A stretch of DNA of 64,000 bases from Podarcis gaigeae (Eukaryota), in NCBI GenBank assembly GCA_964106915.2, contig OZ066914.1; one strand, written 5' to 3'. The notes beneath the pieces are model-generated. The model was not told the DNA's origin. It saw only the letters and a program-made list of their open reading frames with translations, and ran no database searches. The position numbers were made by a program, and so were the translations under genes. Every line of letters starts with the position of its first letter. Position 1 is the stretch's first letter. This document shows positions 39,001 through 51,277 of the stretch, piece by piece.

Positions 39001-42000
39001 CACCTTCCTTGCACTACAGGCTCTTTTGCTGCATTCTGATGAAATTCCATGTGCTGTAGCCCATTGCTGTGAGCTCATTGGATCCTGTCCCATTTCTGTC
39101 CCTGGTGTTTCTACTTACCCTCTCCCTTTGAGCTTGGTCCACACAAAAACTCAGAAGAGGGGTAGCTAATGCGGTACCTTCCAGATGTTGATCCAACTCT
39201 TTTCATCCTTAGCCAGCATGGCCCAATGGTCAAGGATGATGGCAAGTGAAAGCCAACATGTGGAGGGCACCATGTGGGCTGCCCCTGACTCACAGGGAAG
39301 GTGCAAGGCTCAAGGAGGATCCTCCTCCATCTGCTCACTGTTTGCATGTTCAGTGGTAGAGCACATGCTCTGCTTGCAAATGATCTGAGATTCAATCCCT
39401 GGCATCTCCTGTTTGGGTAGGGAAATGCCCCCTAGCTAAAACCCTGGAGGGTGGCTGCCAATCAGGATGCAGGCAGTGCTAGGCTAAATGGATCATTGGT
39501 CTGATTCAGTACAACAGCTATAGTACCCTTTCTCTCTTCAAAGTGGGGAAACCCAGCCAGATGGGCAGGATATAAATAATAAAATTATTTTTAAAAAAGT
39601 ATTATTCATTGAATCACTGTCCCAATTTCTGAGATGCTTTCAGTGCACATAACATGGGAAGAAAGTTGATGTTATGGTAAATCATCTTCAACTTGGCAGT
39701 GATTAACCATATGGTATAGTGACCTCAAGCTGTTGTATGTCAAAATCTCAGAAACTCAACATCCTTCTAAATAGACTGGAAACCCGACTGACCTCTTTTG
39801 CCAGATTCCCCTCCCCCCACAGAAGTAGCTTCCTCCTTAACCTGTAGTAGTTCTCCCATCTTACCTAGGGCAACAGTTCCATATACTATTCAGACGCTTT
39901 CCTTTCTCCCCAGAGGTGTATTTGCAAGGTTTCTTCAAACCCTTGGTGTGCATCTCCCCAAATGATAGGTAAGTCATTCCTGATGCTTGCTTACTCCTCC
40001 CACAGATCCCTCCTCTTTGGCAGGAAAGGTGGGAAAGAATTTTAATGAATACATAATAATAGTGTGGCGAGCTTTGATGGAAAGAGTCTTGTACTTTTAA
40101 CAACTGCATGGCAGTTGGTCTAAAAGAGTGAAGTTTTACTCATCAGTTCCTTGCCAGAAAACACTTCACTTGTTGATTTCTGCCTGTCGAACAGCTGAAT
40201 GCACAGAGTCTTTGTCCATAATAGGGGTGGGGGAACCCTCACTGTCTCACAACGCCTACTCCATTTAGAGCAGCTGTGCTGCCTGATGCCCAAAGTGGAA
40301 GCAGTAAATGGGTACAGTCCCTGGGTACAGGCATGTCATATTGCCCTTTTGTTTCTCCCTTTCCTAGCCTATTTGATGCTGTTTATTCCTTGATTAAGCA
40401 CAAGATCCATCGGCTGCCTGTTATCGAGCCCATCTCAGGAAACGTCCTACACATTCTGACCCACAAACGTATCCTCAAGTTCCTGCATATCTTCGTGAGT
40501 GTCTGGTGATCCCAAATTCCTCTTGGCATAGATGATGGCAAGGCAGATTATTTTTGGTCTCAGTGGGTCCTATATTGGCCCAGTGCCCGATGCTCTCTTT
40601 TATCATTTATTTATTGGTATAGAGCCAACAGGGTATGTGGTGCCTTGCAGAGCTGCATAGGGAAAAATGGACTGGCCACTTCCCTCAAGATGCTCACGAT
40701 CTAAAATAGACAATTGGGAAAACAGTAGAAGTTGGGAGAGTAAGAGGTTAGGCTCCACTAGGGATGTAAAAAGGTATCATTTTATTTTTTGTCCCATATT
40801 CATTGTCTGCAGTGGTACCTCGGGTTACATACGCTTCAGGTTACAGACTCTGCTAACCCAGAAATAGTGCTTCAGGTTAAGAACTTTGCTTCAGGATGAG
40901 AACAGAAATCGTGCTCTGGTGGCATAGCGGCAGCAGGAGGCCCCATTAGCTAAAATGGTGCTTCAGGTTAAGAACAGTTTCAGGTTAAGTACCGACCTCC
41001 AGAATGAATTAAGTACTTAACCCGAGGTACCACTGTATTTCTATTCTGCTGCAGTTCAGCTTCTGCAAAAAATGTTATCTAGCTCACTGTTCACTGTGGC
41101 CAAATTTAATAATGCAATTAATTACATTATTGTGTGAATGCACATCATTCATTTCCATTGTGGGGCAGGGGGAGCATCACCAATAATGCACTGAAAAAAA
41201 TAACCTCCTCTTCTCTCACTACAGGGAGCCATGCTTCCAAAGCCACGATTCCTGCAGAAAACCATCCTGGAACTAGGCATTGGCACCTTCCGTGACGTTG
41301 CCATGGTCCTGGAGTCAGCCCCTGTCTACACAGCCTTGGAGATTTTTGTGGACCGCAGGGTCTCAGCATTGCCTGTTGTTAATGAAAAAGGTACTTGCTG
41401 CGGGGAGCTCCTCTGCTCTGCTCACCGCTATGTTTGCCGTTTCAGCTGAGCCTTACCTCTCTCTCATATGTTATCAGCTTTCTAATTCAGCCTCTACTTT
41501 TTTCTTGGGCCCTGAAATTCCACAAACCCTATGTGACATTTATCAAACAATCTGAGCCATTGCATGATGTAGCTTTTGCCAAGCTGCCCCGTTTTGGGGT
41601 TCCATATTTGAATCCCACCCACCCTGCTTGAGCCAATGAACCATAGTGCTATATGCAACATTTCAGAGATAGTGTTAAATCACTATCACCCAGATGTTGT
41701 CACTTTTGTAAATTCCACCCACTGTCATAAAATCAGGAACCCTCTTTTTATGTAGTAACTCATAAACTTCAAGATGTGATAAAAGCCTGGAAAAGTGGTG
41801 TTCACATATATGATAATATGAATTAATAATGCTCTGTGTCTAGCTCTATTCAAGACTTTATTGTGAGTGGATTTTTTTCTTTTATCGGGTATTTCTTAAT
41901 TATTTTTCTGATTAATACATATGGAATACTTGCTTAGTTGGAACGTATTAAATATATCAATACTTTTTAAAAATTGATGATAGCTACATTATGAGGTAGG

Positions 42001-42256
42001 TGAATGGGAGGGTTTTCTCTACTGAGTCCCTTATGCTGCTTCCCTCACTTTCTCTTTACAGGGAGGGTAGTTGGCCTCTACTCTCGCTTTGATGTGATTG
42101 TAAGTATAGTACAATCATATTTTTGCAGGTGTGAAGTTGGTTGGTGGGAGAATGGATTTTTTTAATAGCCAAAGCTAAGAAAATGGAATGTTTCCCTGTC
42201 TTGCCTCTAGGGGATGCAGTACCTGTTTAAAATTTTAAGATGGGAAGATCACTTGG

Positions 42257-42296
<40 letters not shown>

Positions 42297-44255
42297 TTTG
42301 GTATCCCTTGCAAATGTTTCCTGAATTCCATCTATCTAAAGGGATTGAGGTGGTGATACAAATTTTCACTACTATTTTTCAGCTCTAGACAGAGAAGTCA
42401 GCAGCAGTTTCCCTCTTAAACATAGGGTGAAAAGCAAAGGAGAACATTGTCTCCAGTGCTGTGGTTCTAAACTGATGGCGGATTAGGGTCCATGTATCGA
42501 AGTGGCTGTCACAAGCTGCATTAAACCAGTGTGTAGCAACTGAGCCTTGTTTCAGAAAGGGTTGCCTGGATATTAAAGCCAGAGTTCTCCCATCTTTGCA
42601 AAGTGGGATTGGGGTGGCTTTATTCTCTGGTCATGCCAAGCCCCTGCCTGGATGATATGTCATGGTGGCTTCAAACCATTTCCTTGTCTCTGCTTAGCAC
42701 TTGGCTGCCCAGAAGTCCTACAACAACCTGGACATTACTGTGGGGGAAGCACTGAAGCAGCGCTCAGTCTGCCTGGAAGGGGTGCTCACCTGCCATCCTT
42801 ACGAAACGATGGAAGACATTATTGATCGCATCGCCAAGGAGCAGGTATGCCAGCGTGGAGCAGGAAGAATGTGCACTTTAGGTAACAGTTGCTCTGTGGC
42901 AAGACCTTGACCTCTCCAGGTCCATAAAATCTGACTTCTGGAGTTAAATGTTCAGCCTAAACCTCTTCTGACTCTACTTTCTGCTTAGTCAAGTCATGCC
43001 CAGTGACACTTTCTAACCCAGTCAGCCTCTAATCCTGTCGCCTGATTGACTTTGCTCTATTGGCATAGGTGTTCCAGCAGTAACCATCTCTAGCTTGTTC
43101 TTCCCCATGACACTCATGGAAGAGACAAGTCCACACTAGTGGCTTACAGGCCCTAGGAAAAGGATGGGAAATATTGTGGAATACCGTATTCCAACCATTT
43201 AAGCAAAAAACAAAAACTCCCAAAATAATTCTCATGAGACTTCTCCAGGGTAGAAGCTATTCCCAATGAATCACTTAAAAAGGGGGTCCACCGGGAAAGC
43301 CGAGAGCCCACACAGAAGAGGTAGATTGCTCAGGTGGGTGGTCCCCAAGGTAAGTGAAACCATCTTCAGATGCTGATGAGAACTGGACACCTAAAGGCTG
43401 CTTCACATGTTATATGAGAGAAAACAGCTGTTTGCTGCCATACAGCAGGAAGCCATGGCAAGTCCTAGCTCCCTGCTGCACATACAGGTCTCATGCATAT
43501 GGTGGGAAACATCTATCTGTTGCGTGTAATGATTTACTGAACCAATGGGGAACCTGTGGTCCTTCACAAAGTGTTGGGACCCCAATTCCCATCAGCCCCA
43601 GCCAGTATGGTGAATGGTCAGGGATGAAGGGTAATGTATCATAGAATCATAGTTGGAATTGACCACAAGGGCCATCAAGTCCAACCCCCTGCCAAGCAGG
43701 AAACAAAAACACCTAGAGGGTCACAGATTCCCCATTCTAGAAGCAAACAGGTGTTTCCATATGCAAACACACATACCTTAAAAAATTATAATGTGGGAAG
43801 CAGCCCTAGGCTTATTTTCTGTACAGCACAGTTGCTCCTCTGCAACTAAAGGCTAATAGGCGGCGCAACAGCACCCAGCTTTAACTTTCCTGCCTGCCAC
43901 TCTTAATTTTAACTTTTCCCAGAATGCCCTGTCCCTCGGCTATCTTGCTGTACTAGGATGGTGATGATGTTAATAATAATAATAATAATAGCATTATGCC
44001 ACCAAAGGGAAACGTTTCTGAGGTTTGCCTCAGGAGGGAGGGGTAACTCTAGCCCTGTGGATGTCAAGCACTCATCTCGGCTCATCCCGTTACCGTACTC
44101 TTCTCTCCGTGATGGTGTGTGGCTCACTCATCTGGCAGGTCCATCGTCTGGTTCTGGTGGATGAGAAGAAAACCCCGCGGGGGATCGTGTCCCTCTCTGA
44201 CATTCTCCAAGCCCTGGTTCTCACGCCTGCAGGTATCGATGCCCTAAACTCTTAA
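32522..44255 (+). CDS. PRKAG3: AMP-activated protein kinase subunit gamma-3, whole gene CDS: join(32522..32563,34305..34344,35349..36001,37833..37914,38226..38284,38519..38564,39914..39968,40368..40494,41225..41390,42062..42099,42698..42844,44139..44255); 1572 nt, 523 aa
   Basis: Four CBS domains ([87 protein letters not shown]). The LHIFG and PAGIDAL C-terminus and the position next to TTLL4 point to gamma-3. All introns GT-AG and in phase. Confidence 0.94.
34305..34344 (+). CDS. PRKAG3: PRKAG3 coding exon 2 ([13 protein letters not shown])
   Basis: Long pyrimidine tract + ccag| ... CAG|gtgggt; 40 nt supplies the phase 0 to 1 shift needed to join exons 1 and 3. Confidence 0.72.
35349..36001 (+). 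CDS. PRKAG3: PRKAG3 coding exon 3 (N-terminal extension + start of CBS1)
   Basis: Within the 299-aa ORF; cccactag| ... CAG|gtaagg. The 3' end is firm; the acceptor is inferred. Confidence 0.85.
35366..35617 (+). repeat. Degenerate coding tandem repeat, 12 x 21 bp (heptads), in PRKAG3 exon 3
   Basis: 11 of 12 units start GAT/GAG/GAA in exact 21-nt register. Confidence 0.75.
37833..37914 (+). CDS. PRKAG3: PRKAG3 exon 4 ([27 protein letters not shown])
   Basis: tccccag| ... TGG|gtaagt. Confidence 0.95.
38226..38284 (+). CDS. PRKAG3: PRKAG3 exon 5 ([20 protein letters not shown])
   Basis: actgcag| ... CTG|gtgagt. Confidence 0.95.
38519..38564 (+). CDS. PRKAG3: PRKAG3 exon 6 ([15 protein letters not shown])
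   Basis: tttttag| ... GAG|gtgagg. Confidence 0.95.
39348..39520 (+). mobile_element. tRNA-derived SINE (Squam3-like), decayed
   Basis: TCAGTGGTAGAGCA head, TTCAATCCCTGGCATCTCC B-box region, same tail. Confidence 0.65.
39914..39968 (+). CDS. PRKAG3: PRKAG3 exon 7 ([18 protein letters not shown])
   Basis: tccccag| ... TAG|gtaagt. Confidence 0.95.
40368..40494 (+). CDS. PRKAG3: PRKAG3 exon 8 ([19 protein letters not shown]...LHIF)
   Basis: ttcctag| ... TTC|gtgagt. Confidence 0.95.
40810..41035 (+). mobile_element. Tc1/mariner (pogo/Tigger-like) MITE, copy 1
   Basis: 18-bp perfect TIR CAGTGGTACCTCGGGTTA; TA on the right flank (left reads TG); internal GCTTCAGGTTA repeats; similar copies at 48850 and 61094. 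Confidence 0.88.
41225..41390 (+). CDS. PRKAG3: PRKAG3 exon 9 ([10 protein letters not shown]...[11 protein letters not shown])
   Basis: cactacag| ... AAG|gtactt. Confidence 0.95.
42062..42099 (+). CDS. PRKAG3: PRKAG3 exon 10 ([13 protein letters not shown])
   Basis: ctttacag| ... ATT|gtaagt. Confidence 0.95.
42259..42295. repeat. (TG)n microsatellite
   Basis: Read directly. Confidence 0.95.
42698..42844 (+). CDS. PRKAG3: PRKAG3 exon 11 ([12 protein letters not shown]...RIAKEQ)
   Basis: tgcttag| ... CAG|gtatgc. Confidence 0.95.
44139..44255 (+). CDS. PRKAG3: PRKAG3 last coding exon (VHRLVLVD...PAGIDALNS*)
   Basis: tctggcag|; TAA at 44253-44255. Confidence 0.93.
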   Translation, partial: VHRLVLVDEKKTPRGIVSLSDILQALVLTPAGIDALNS

Positions 44256-45967
44256 GCCGCCTGACGCTCCATCCTTCCTCCATTTGTACCCTCCATTTCC
44301 TCCGCTTCTCTCCAGCTCAGGTAGGCCCCATGCCTTGGCCTCTCTAGCCTCTGCCCTGCTGCTCGTTTTTGCCTTGCTGCTGGGTCTCTCTTGTCCGTCC
44401 GGCCAAGCCAGGTCTGTATTTCTGTCTGTCTAGAACCAAACACCCAGCCTGGAAGGGAGGCCAATGCTATGGATCGTAAACACAGCATAGCCTTGTAGGA
44501 GGAACCTCTTCATGAGAGGGCCGCAGGGTGGCAATACAAGAATGGGCCTTTTCTGCAGTGGCTCCCCGGGGAGGCTCACCTGGCGCCTTCATTACATATA
44601 TCCAGGCAGCAGGTGAAAACGTTTCTCTTTAACCAGGCCTTTGGCTGATTAACGTTCTATGTCCTTTTTAATGTGTTTGTGGGAGGGGGGCTTATGGGTT
44701 TGTTTTTATTATGTATTTTGCATTTATTTTTATGTTGTGAACTGCCCTGTGATCTTCAGATGAAGGGTGGTATACAAATTTAATACATTATTTATGATTA
44801 TGATTATGAGGGGGGCTGCTCAGACACACACAGGCAGGGTTCCAGCTTTTGGCAAGAGAGAGGCCTCCTGATACATCAAAGCTGTGCTTAAACCTTTAAA
44901 ATCAGCAGCTTCTCATTCCACCTCTAATCCATTCGGATTTTCTCCTTACTCTTCACATCCCTTGGTGCTAGCACGGCACACCAATTGTTGGAAGTGTTTT
45001 GTTGCATGGGAAGAGCTGGTTAAAGAACTGGACGGCACCAGAGGAACCCTCTGCATCCAGAAAACTAAGCAGCTGTGTAGTGGGAAAGCTGGTGTATGTC
45101 TCACATATATGTAAATTTCTTTTGGCAGAGTGTTAGTAGATGTGCTGCATGTTAGATTCATTTCCAATTGAAATGATAAAACCCTGCTTTTCCACTGCAT
45201 TTCCCTAGCACAGATTTTATCACAGGGAAATGGTAGTTTTACAGTAACAACCAGTTCGCTGGGTAACATGAGCTGGGGGTTATGTTACTTCCCATGCCCT
45301 GTAGTCACCCCAGCTGATTTATTTACCTGTTGTGGTTGCTAAAGGCACAGAGGCAGTTACAGCTTGGGGGCAAGTAGAGTGTCAGGTCAGCTGTTAAGCC
45401 TAGCCTTTAAAGGTTGCAATGGAAAAATATGATATTCAGTGGATAAAGCACACACAGCCACAGTTCCCCACTCCCAAATTCCCCCCTTTATCTGAAAGCT
45501 CTCCTGTGACTTCAAAGCTGCCCATCAGAAATTCAGCCACTGTGTATCTCAGAAGAGTTCCCCCTGCCCCCTTCCATGCCTTGTAAACTATTTTTACTCA
45601 TCTGCTATGATTTCTTCTCTGACTTCTAACTCAGGAGTTCTCAAGCTTTCTACCCCCCAGCAACCACCTGAGAGGCCTACCAAACACAAAATGGCAGAGC
45701 CAGTAATAGAGTGGTGGTGAATGGAGACAGAGTTTATTCTAATCATCTGGCATAATTGTTCATTGGTATCTAATCCATTTCTGGAACCTGCTAAATTCTC
45801 TGCCAAAGTGGTTTCCTTGTGACAAGGAGTTCCATAGTTCAGCTTTCCTCAAGCTAAGTATAAATATTGGAGTTACCATGACTCAGCCTCTCCTTTATAG
45901 GCAGAATTTGCTGAGCTAGAGGCTAAAAGGGGAGAAGGTATTTTATCTGCACATACCTCTTTCCCCC

Positions 45968-45969
<2 letters not shown>

Positions 45970-46010
<41 letters not shown>
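45970..46010. repeat. (CA)n microsatellite
   Basis: Read directly. Confidence 0.95.
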
Positions 46011-46012
<2 letters not shown>

Positions 46013-48849
46013 CATTCAAAAAAGTATTTTTCATAATCTCTCATTTCTTCTCCCCATCTCCTTTCACACTTAACTTGTATCCTACTTTCCCCTGCCAGAA
46101 ACAGCCTGCTTCTTTAATCCCTTCTCTTTGTTCCCTTTACGTTCGCTTCTTCTCTTACTTACATTCTTTTTATTCCCAGTTAATTTTACTTAAATTAATC
46201 TCTCTAATTTAAAGGGCTCATCAATCTCCCTTGCAACAAGGCTTCCCTTACCATGGTAGGGAGCGGGGACAGTATAGTAGTTTACTATTGCAGGATCCAG
46301 CTTCTGCTACTTTTATTACATTATCTACAAGTTTTGGGGGGCATCGTCAGCTTTCTCTCACTCTTCCACCTGCATAGGAGCATCTCAGTGATGGATGAGC
46401 ACAGCAGCTAGAAAAAAGAGCTAAGGAACTTTCTCCTCCCATCTTGACATAAGCTATAAAGGGTGGGGGTGGGGTAGATCAGTCTCATGCCTTGCGTGGC
46501 TGGTGCACAACCTAGACTACCCATTAGTTGTTATAGCAACCACATTATTATTTCCTCTTGCGTTTACTACTCAATTCCCCCCAAAAGCACACAATTCTGG
46601 CTGATGTGGCTCCCAGGAGACGCTCTGGCCACAGGTACACAGGCTGCCACCACCTACGGCTTCTTGTTGCCTTGTTCCACTGGGCTTGAGTCTGAATGAT
46701 CTCCCTTGTTCTTGCCTGATGCCATGGGCTCCCTGGTTCACTGTGTTGCCACCTTCCCGCAACTAGCTGTGTGTACGGCTGCATCTGTGCTCCTACATGT
46801 TTGTACGCAAGCTGGGGTGGATCTGTCCGTGGTCTGTGTAGGGTAGCATCTCTTAGGTCAGCGCCTGGAGCCACCATGCCACAGAGGGGGTGGCTTACCC
46901 GTGCAGTCCTCATGATGTTGTTAGACTTTCCAAGTCAGATCAGCCCTCAGCCAGCATGGGGAACAGTATGGGATGATGGGAGGTGGTGTAGGACATCTAG
47001 GAGGGCCACACATTTCCTGGGCCTGATATAAGGAAATGCAAGTTGCCTCAAGTATAATTCACTGCAGAATAAATCAGTGGGATAGAGCTGCTTAGCCAAA
47101 ATCCTAAGCCATTTTTTTGCTGCAGAACCCCCCACTCCCAGTACAATGCTTGAAAGGCAGCTAAGAAACTGCAAGTAAGTTTGATCTGCACCTAATTTCT
47201 GGCTGAGTTACTTTTAGGATTGCCACTCAACCGACTGGTTTTGGCTCCTGATTATCTAGTTTATGATGGAGCACAAGAAATTTAATAAGCTTGGTCATGT
47301 AACACCAGTGGCTAAAACACTAAAGCTCAGAGCAGCTTCCCAAGGCTTCTCAGGCAGTCTCCCCCTGTATATGGCTTTCAGGGCCAAACTTGCTCAGCTT
47401 GAGCAATGCAACTGCTTTTAAGCAGAACACCCCTCTCTGGTAATTGCAACCACGGGACTACCCAAGAACCATAAGGGCTGGGCTGGAGAAGAGAGACCAC
47501 CAGCTAACATGATAAAAAGCAGCATGAAAAGAGGAGGTGCATTTCAGGCACCAACTAGCCTCTGATCATCAAAAGCCTCTAACTGTAAGCAAGAGGTTTT
47601 GAACTTTTAGAAACTTTACTGATCACCCCATTTGGGAATATTTCTTTTTAGTGAGGAGGCCACTGCATCCAATAAGGCTTCTGCATGTTCTCTAGGCCAG
47701 GAGTTTGTTATAGGAGGCACAGCCTGGCCTGTGTCTATGACTGCAGCGATTCTTCCCAGCAGGCCAGCTTGGGGAACAGGACTTATCCTCTGGGATCTGT
47801 AGTTCATGGAAGGAAACAGCTGCTTCCCAACCGAATCACGCCCATCAGACAACAAAGAGGGAGAAGCATAGGCAGGATCCTTCTCCCACTATGGTATTAA
47901 CTTTCTTCATTCCCTTCTACAGGCATCGACCGGTATTCAATCTGATGCCATTAAAGGCCACACTTGCTACCCAGCACTTTGGGTTACCTCCAGGGCATCT
48001 ATGACACATGAGGGTAAGGTGGGGCTTTCCAGCCCATGAAAGAGAGAGAGATTTTTTCCTAACAGGCAACAGTGGTGCTTTGGGTGCGCGTTCCTCCTCC
48101 CTCCTCCCTTCCATGATGCAGAAAGAGGTGAGAGAAGCGATAAGAAAGGAGGATTTGAACTGCAGAACTGTAAATAGATTTTTCAACCGCTGAAATCTGC
48201 TAGTGTTATAGAAGCAGCCATGCTACAGATGGAGAGAAAGCTGGCCCTGGTTGAACATTTGCACCTGTTGCCTGTCTCCTTTTTCTATCCCCTGCTGACT
48301 GTAGGACATGTTATCATGCACAAAAATCCATCCTGCTTCAAGGCCTCTAGCAGATGCTTTTGACTGAACTGAGGTGACTGTTACTGCTCAAGAGATACGG
48401 ACACTCAAGAAGGTCCATGACACTCACAAGAGGAAGGTAGACTACGAGCGCAGTGGTTTGGCTCCATGACTTCAACAGGGAGAAAGGATTTCCGCATTAG
48501 ACCCTGCTGCTTTGGAGAAAAGGCAGGTTGCTTCCAACACAGGACTAAACACTTAGCAGGCTATTGCATTATTTTTATTGTTGTGATTTTTCATTGTACC
48601 TGAACCAGCAACAAGGTGTGAGGCTGATGTGACCTAAGCTGAAGAAAAATAATTTAAGAGGGAACGGGGAGTTCTGAAATTCATGGAAATGCTTTCAAAT
48701 GTATTTTATACTATTACAGAACACTATGGGGTCACTTTCTGTCAACTTTAGAAAAAACCTAGCTCAGTCCACCATTTTCCTATAGCTGACAACAAGCAAC
48801 TTGCAATCTTTCCTCTTCAGCCTACAGTAAAAACCAAGGCTTTTGACTA

Positions 48850-49091
48850 TAGTGGTATCTCTGGTTACATACTTAATTCGTTCCAAGGGTCCATTCTTAA
48901 CCTGAAACTGTTCTTAACCTGAAGCACCACTTTAGCTAATGGGGCCTCCCACTGCTGCCTCGCTGCGGCGGCGCGATTTCTGTTGTCATCCTGAAGCAAA
49001 GTTCTTAACCCGAGGTACTATTTCTGGGTTAGTGGAGTCTGTAACCTGAAGCATATGTAACCTGAAGCGTATGTAACCCAAGGTACCACTG
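48850..49091 (-). mobile_element. Tc1/mariner (pogo/Tigger-like) MITE, copy 2
   Basis: Reverse complement of copy 1; TA flanks; one extra GTAACCTGAAGC unit. Confidence 0.88.
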
Positions 49092-51222
49092 TATTGAGTT
49101 CCCCTAGCAGCAACAGAAGGATTTGCAAGGAGGTAGGTAGCATTTTCCCAGCAGACTTAGTGGGGAGGGTCTCACTGCAGGAAAGCATGCAGTTTCTCTT
49201 CTTGTTGTTGTGTTCATGTTCTTTGAAATAAACTTTCATATTAAGACACAGACTATATGCAAACAAGCATGATTACGTTTGTTTGTATGTATGCATAAGG
49301 TACTTGGATATTACAGGGAAGTAGAAAGTTCCTGGGGATAGTTACACCTTTTCTTTCAACACCTATCTTGTATCCCACCCATCTTGTACCCACTGGAGGC
49401 CACATGTTCAGTGGCCAGTTGGTGATGCTATTACGTTTCACAGGAAGAGCATTGCATCTCCAGGATAGGGGGCAGCCAGTAGGGGGCTCTGCAGATGTTT
49501 TGGATTAAAGCTGTCATCAGCTCCACCCAGCATGGCCGGTGATTGTAATTGTGGTCCAAAACATCTGAAGGGCACCAAATTTGCTGCTCGCTGCTCCAGG
49601 AAGAAAAAAAGAAACTAGCAAGGGCACATTTAAAGGTAGGAGAAAGGAAGAGAGTGGACTTCTTTGAATGATAAATAGCAAGACTGTCACATGCTGATAT
49701 TATAGTTTTTATTATGATAGATTGATAACAGAGTGTCTTTATTATTAGACTATTAGGATCTTCTTGTTCAAGTCTTTTCAAATATATTTATGAAAGAAAA
49801 ATCCACAATGGAATTTCAATGGGGACCTGAAAATTCAAAACACCCTTTGAGAGCATCCTCATCCACACCCAATTCCCTGCTGTTGACCATGCCTTTAAGG
49901 CACTCAGCACCCATTAGAGGGACCTCACTGAGCATTTAGAACCACAGTTCCCAGCCATTGGAGTAAGGTTGACTCACACATTGGAAAAGAAGTTCATGCT
50001 ACAGCTCCTTCCACTCAAAGGGGAAATAATTTGCTAAGAGCCATGGAATCTTTCAGGTGGGAAGAACCCAAAATTCCCTCAGCAAAATGCATAAGTTTAG
50101 AGCACTGTTGAAAGGAGCAGAGAAAGGATTGGGCAGGAGTGAGTCTCAAGAGAGATAAGGGAAGCGATAGACTGTGTGAGAGACAAAACTGAAACAAAAC
50201 CAAGTCATTGCTCTGGACAGTCTTTCATCTCCCACCCTTCTTTGATACTATTTACTCTAGAAGGATATGTGGACATTTTAGCCTCAGGAGACTCTTATGA
50301 CGTTTTCATGACTGATTGATACAGGGTAATGCAAAAGTACAGAACTAAGAAGTCTTGCTTCCTTAAGTTCAGCATCAATTAAGTTCCATCAGTGATTAAG
50401 GCACACCCGTTAACAGTAAATGGCCTCACTCAGGGCTGACATGTGGCCAAGCTGGGTCAGAGGTACTACTTCTAGGATGATTCTGGGCAGAAGGGATTGA
50501 TTGGGTTCTGCGCCAGCACAGCTGACACCCCCACAAACCCCAAATGGAGTAGGCACAGGAGTTACAGAAACTGTGAAGAGGGGGGGGGGAATAGTAATAC
50601 CAACCTCATGTGCTAGTAAATACCATCACTTTGTGTTTAGCCATTCCAGTTTTTGAGGAAGCTGCCCTCTGTAAACATGTAAGTGCTCTAACGAGGACCA
50701 GGGACAGCATCAAGAGCAAAAATCAGTGATTGAGGTGATGAGGATTCTATTGCTAGAAAAACCTCCCAATGTGCCATGTTTGGTTTCTGATCAGAATGAT
50801 ACCACTAATGAACTGCTCCAGGAAATGACTTTCCCCATCCACCACATGACAGCAACTCTGCCATTCAGGTATAACCGGTAATGGACATGGGGGGAAAGGC
50901 ACAAAAGGTATGCACACAAGGTAAGCTGAACCCAGTTTTCACTGCCCCAGAGTCCATCATAACAGAGGAAACAGATGGCTCAAGAACATGCCTGGAGTTT
51001 TCAGCAAACTCGGAAGTCCACAAAGCAGTATGAAAGGGGAGGGGTAAGATCTCCTCTGTTCCTGATCATGTAGGCTGGAGAAACAATTGTCAGCCACCAT
51101 TAAGAGATAAGGCACATAGCATCTCCCTTTGAAATGTGAGGACACAGGCCTGGAATCTGGAGGTGGCAAGGAAGAGGGTTGCTGGGAGGAAGCCAAGGCA
51201 ACACTGGTGCATCAGAGTTGCT

Positions 51223-51277
51223 TCATGATACTGGAAGTGGGAAGAATTTGCCCGTCTTCTTGGTGCGGGAGGCATTC
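51223..51277 (-). CDS. RACGAP1-like last coding exon (NASRTKKTGKFFPLPVS*)
   Basis: gtcttctgccag|; phase 2 fits; GKFF resembles the RACGAP1 C-terminal GNFF. Confidence 0.85.
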
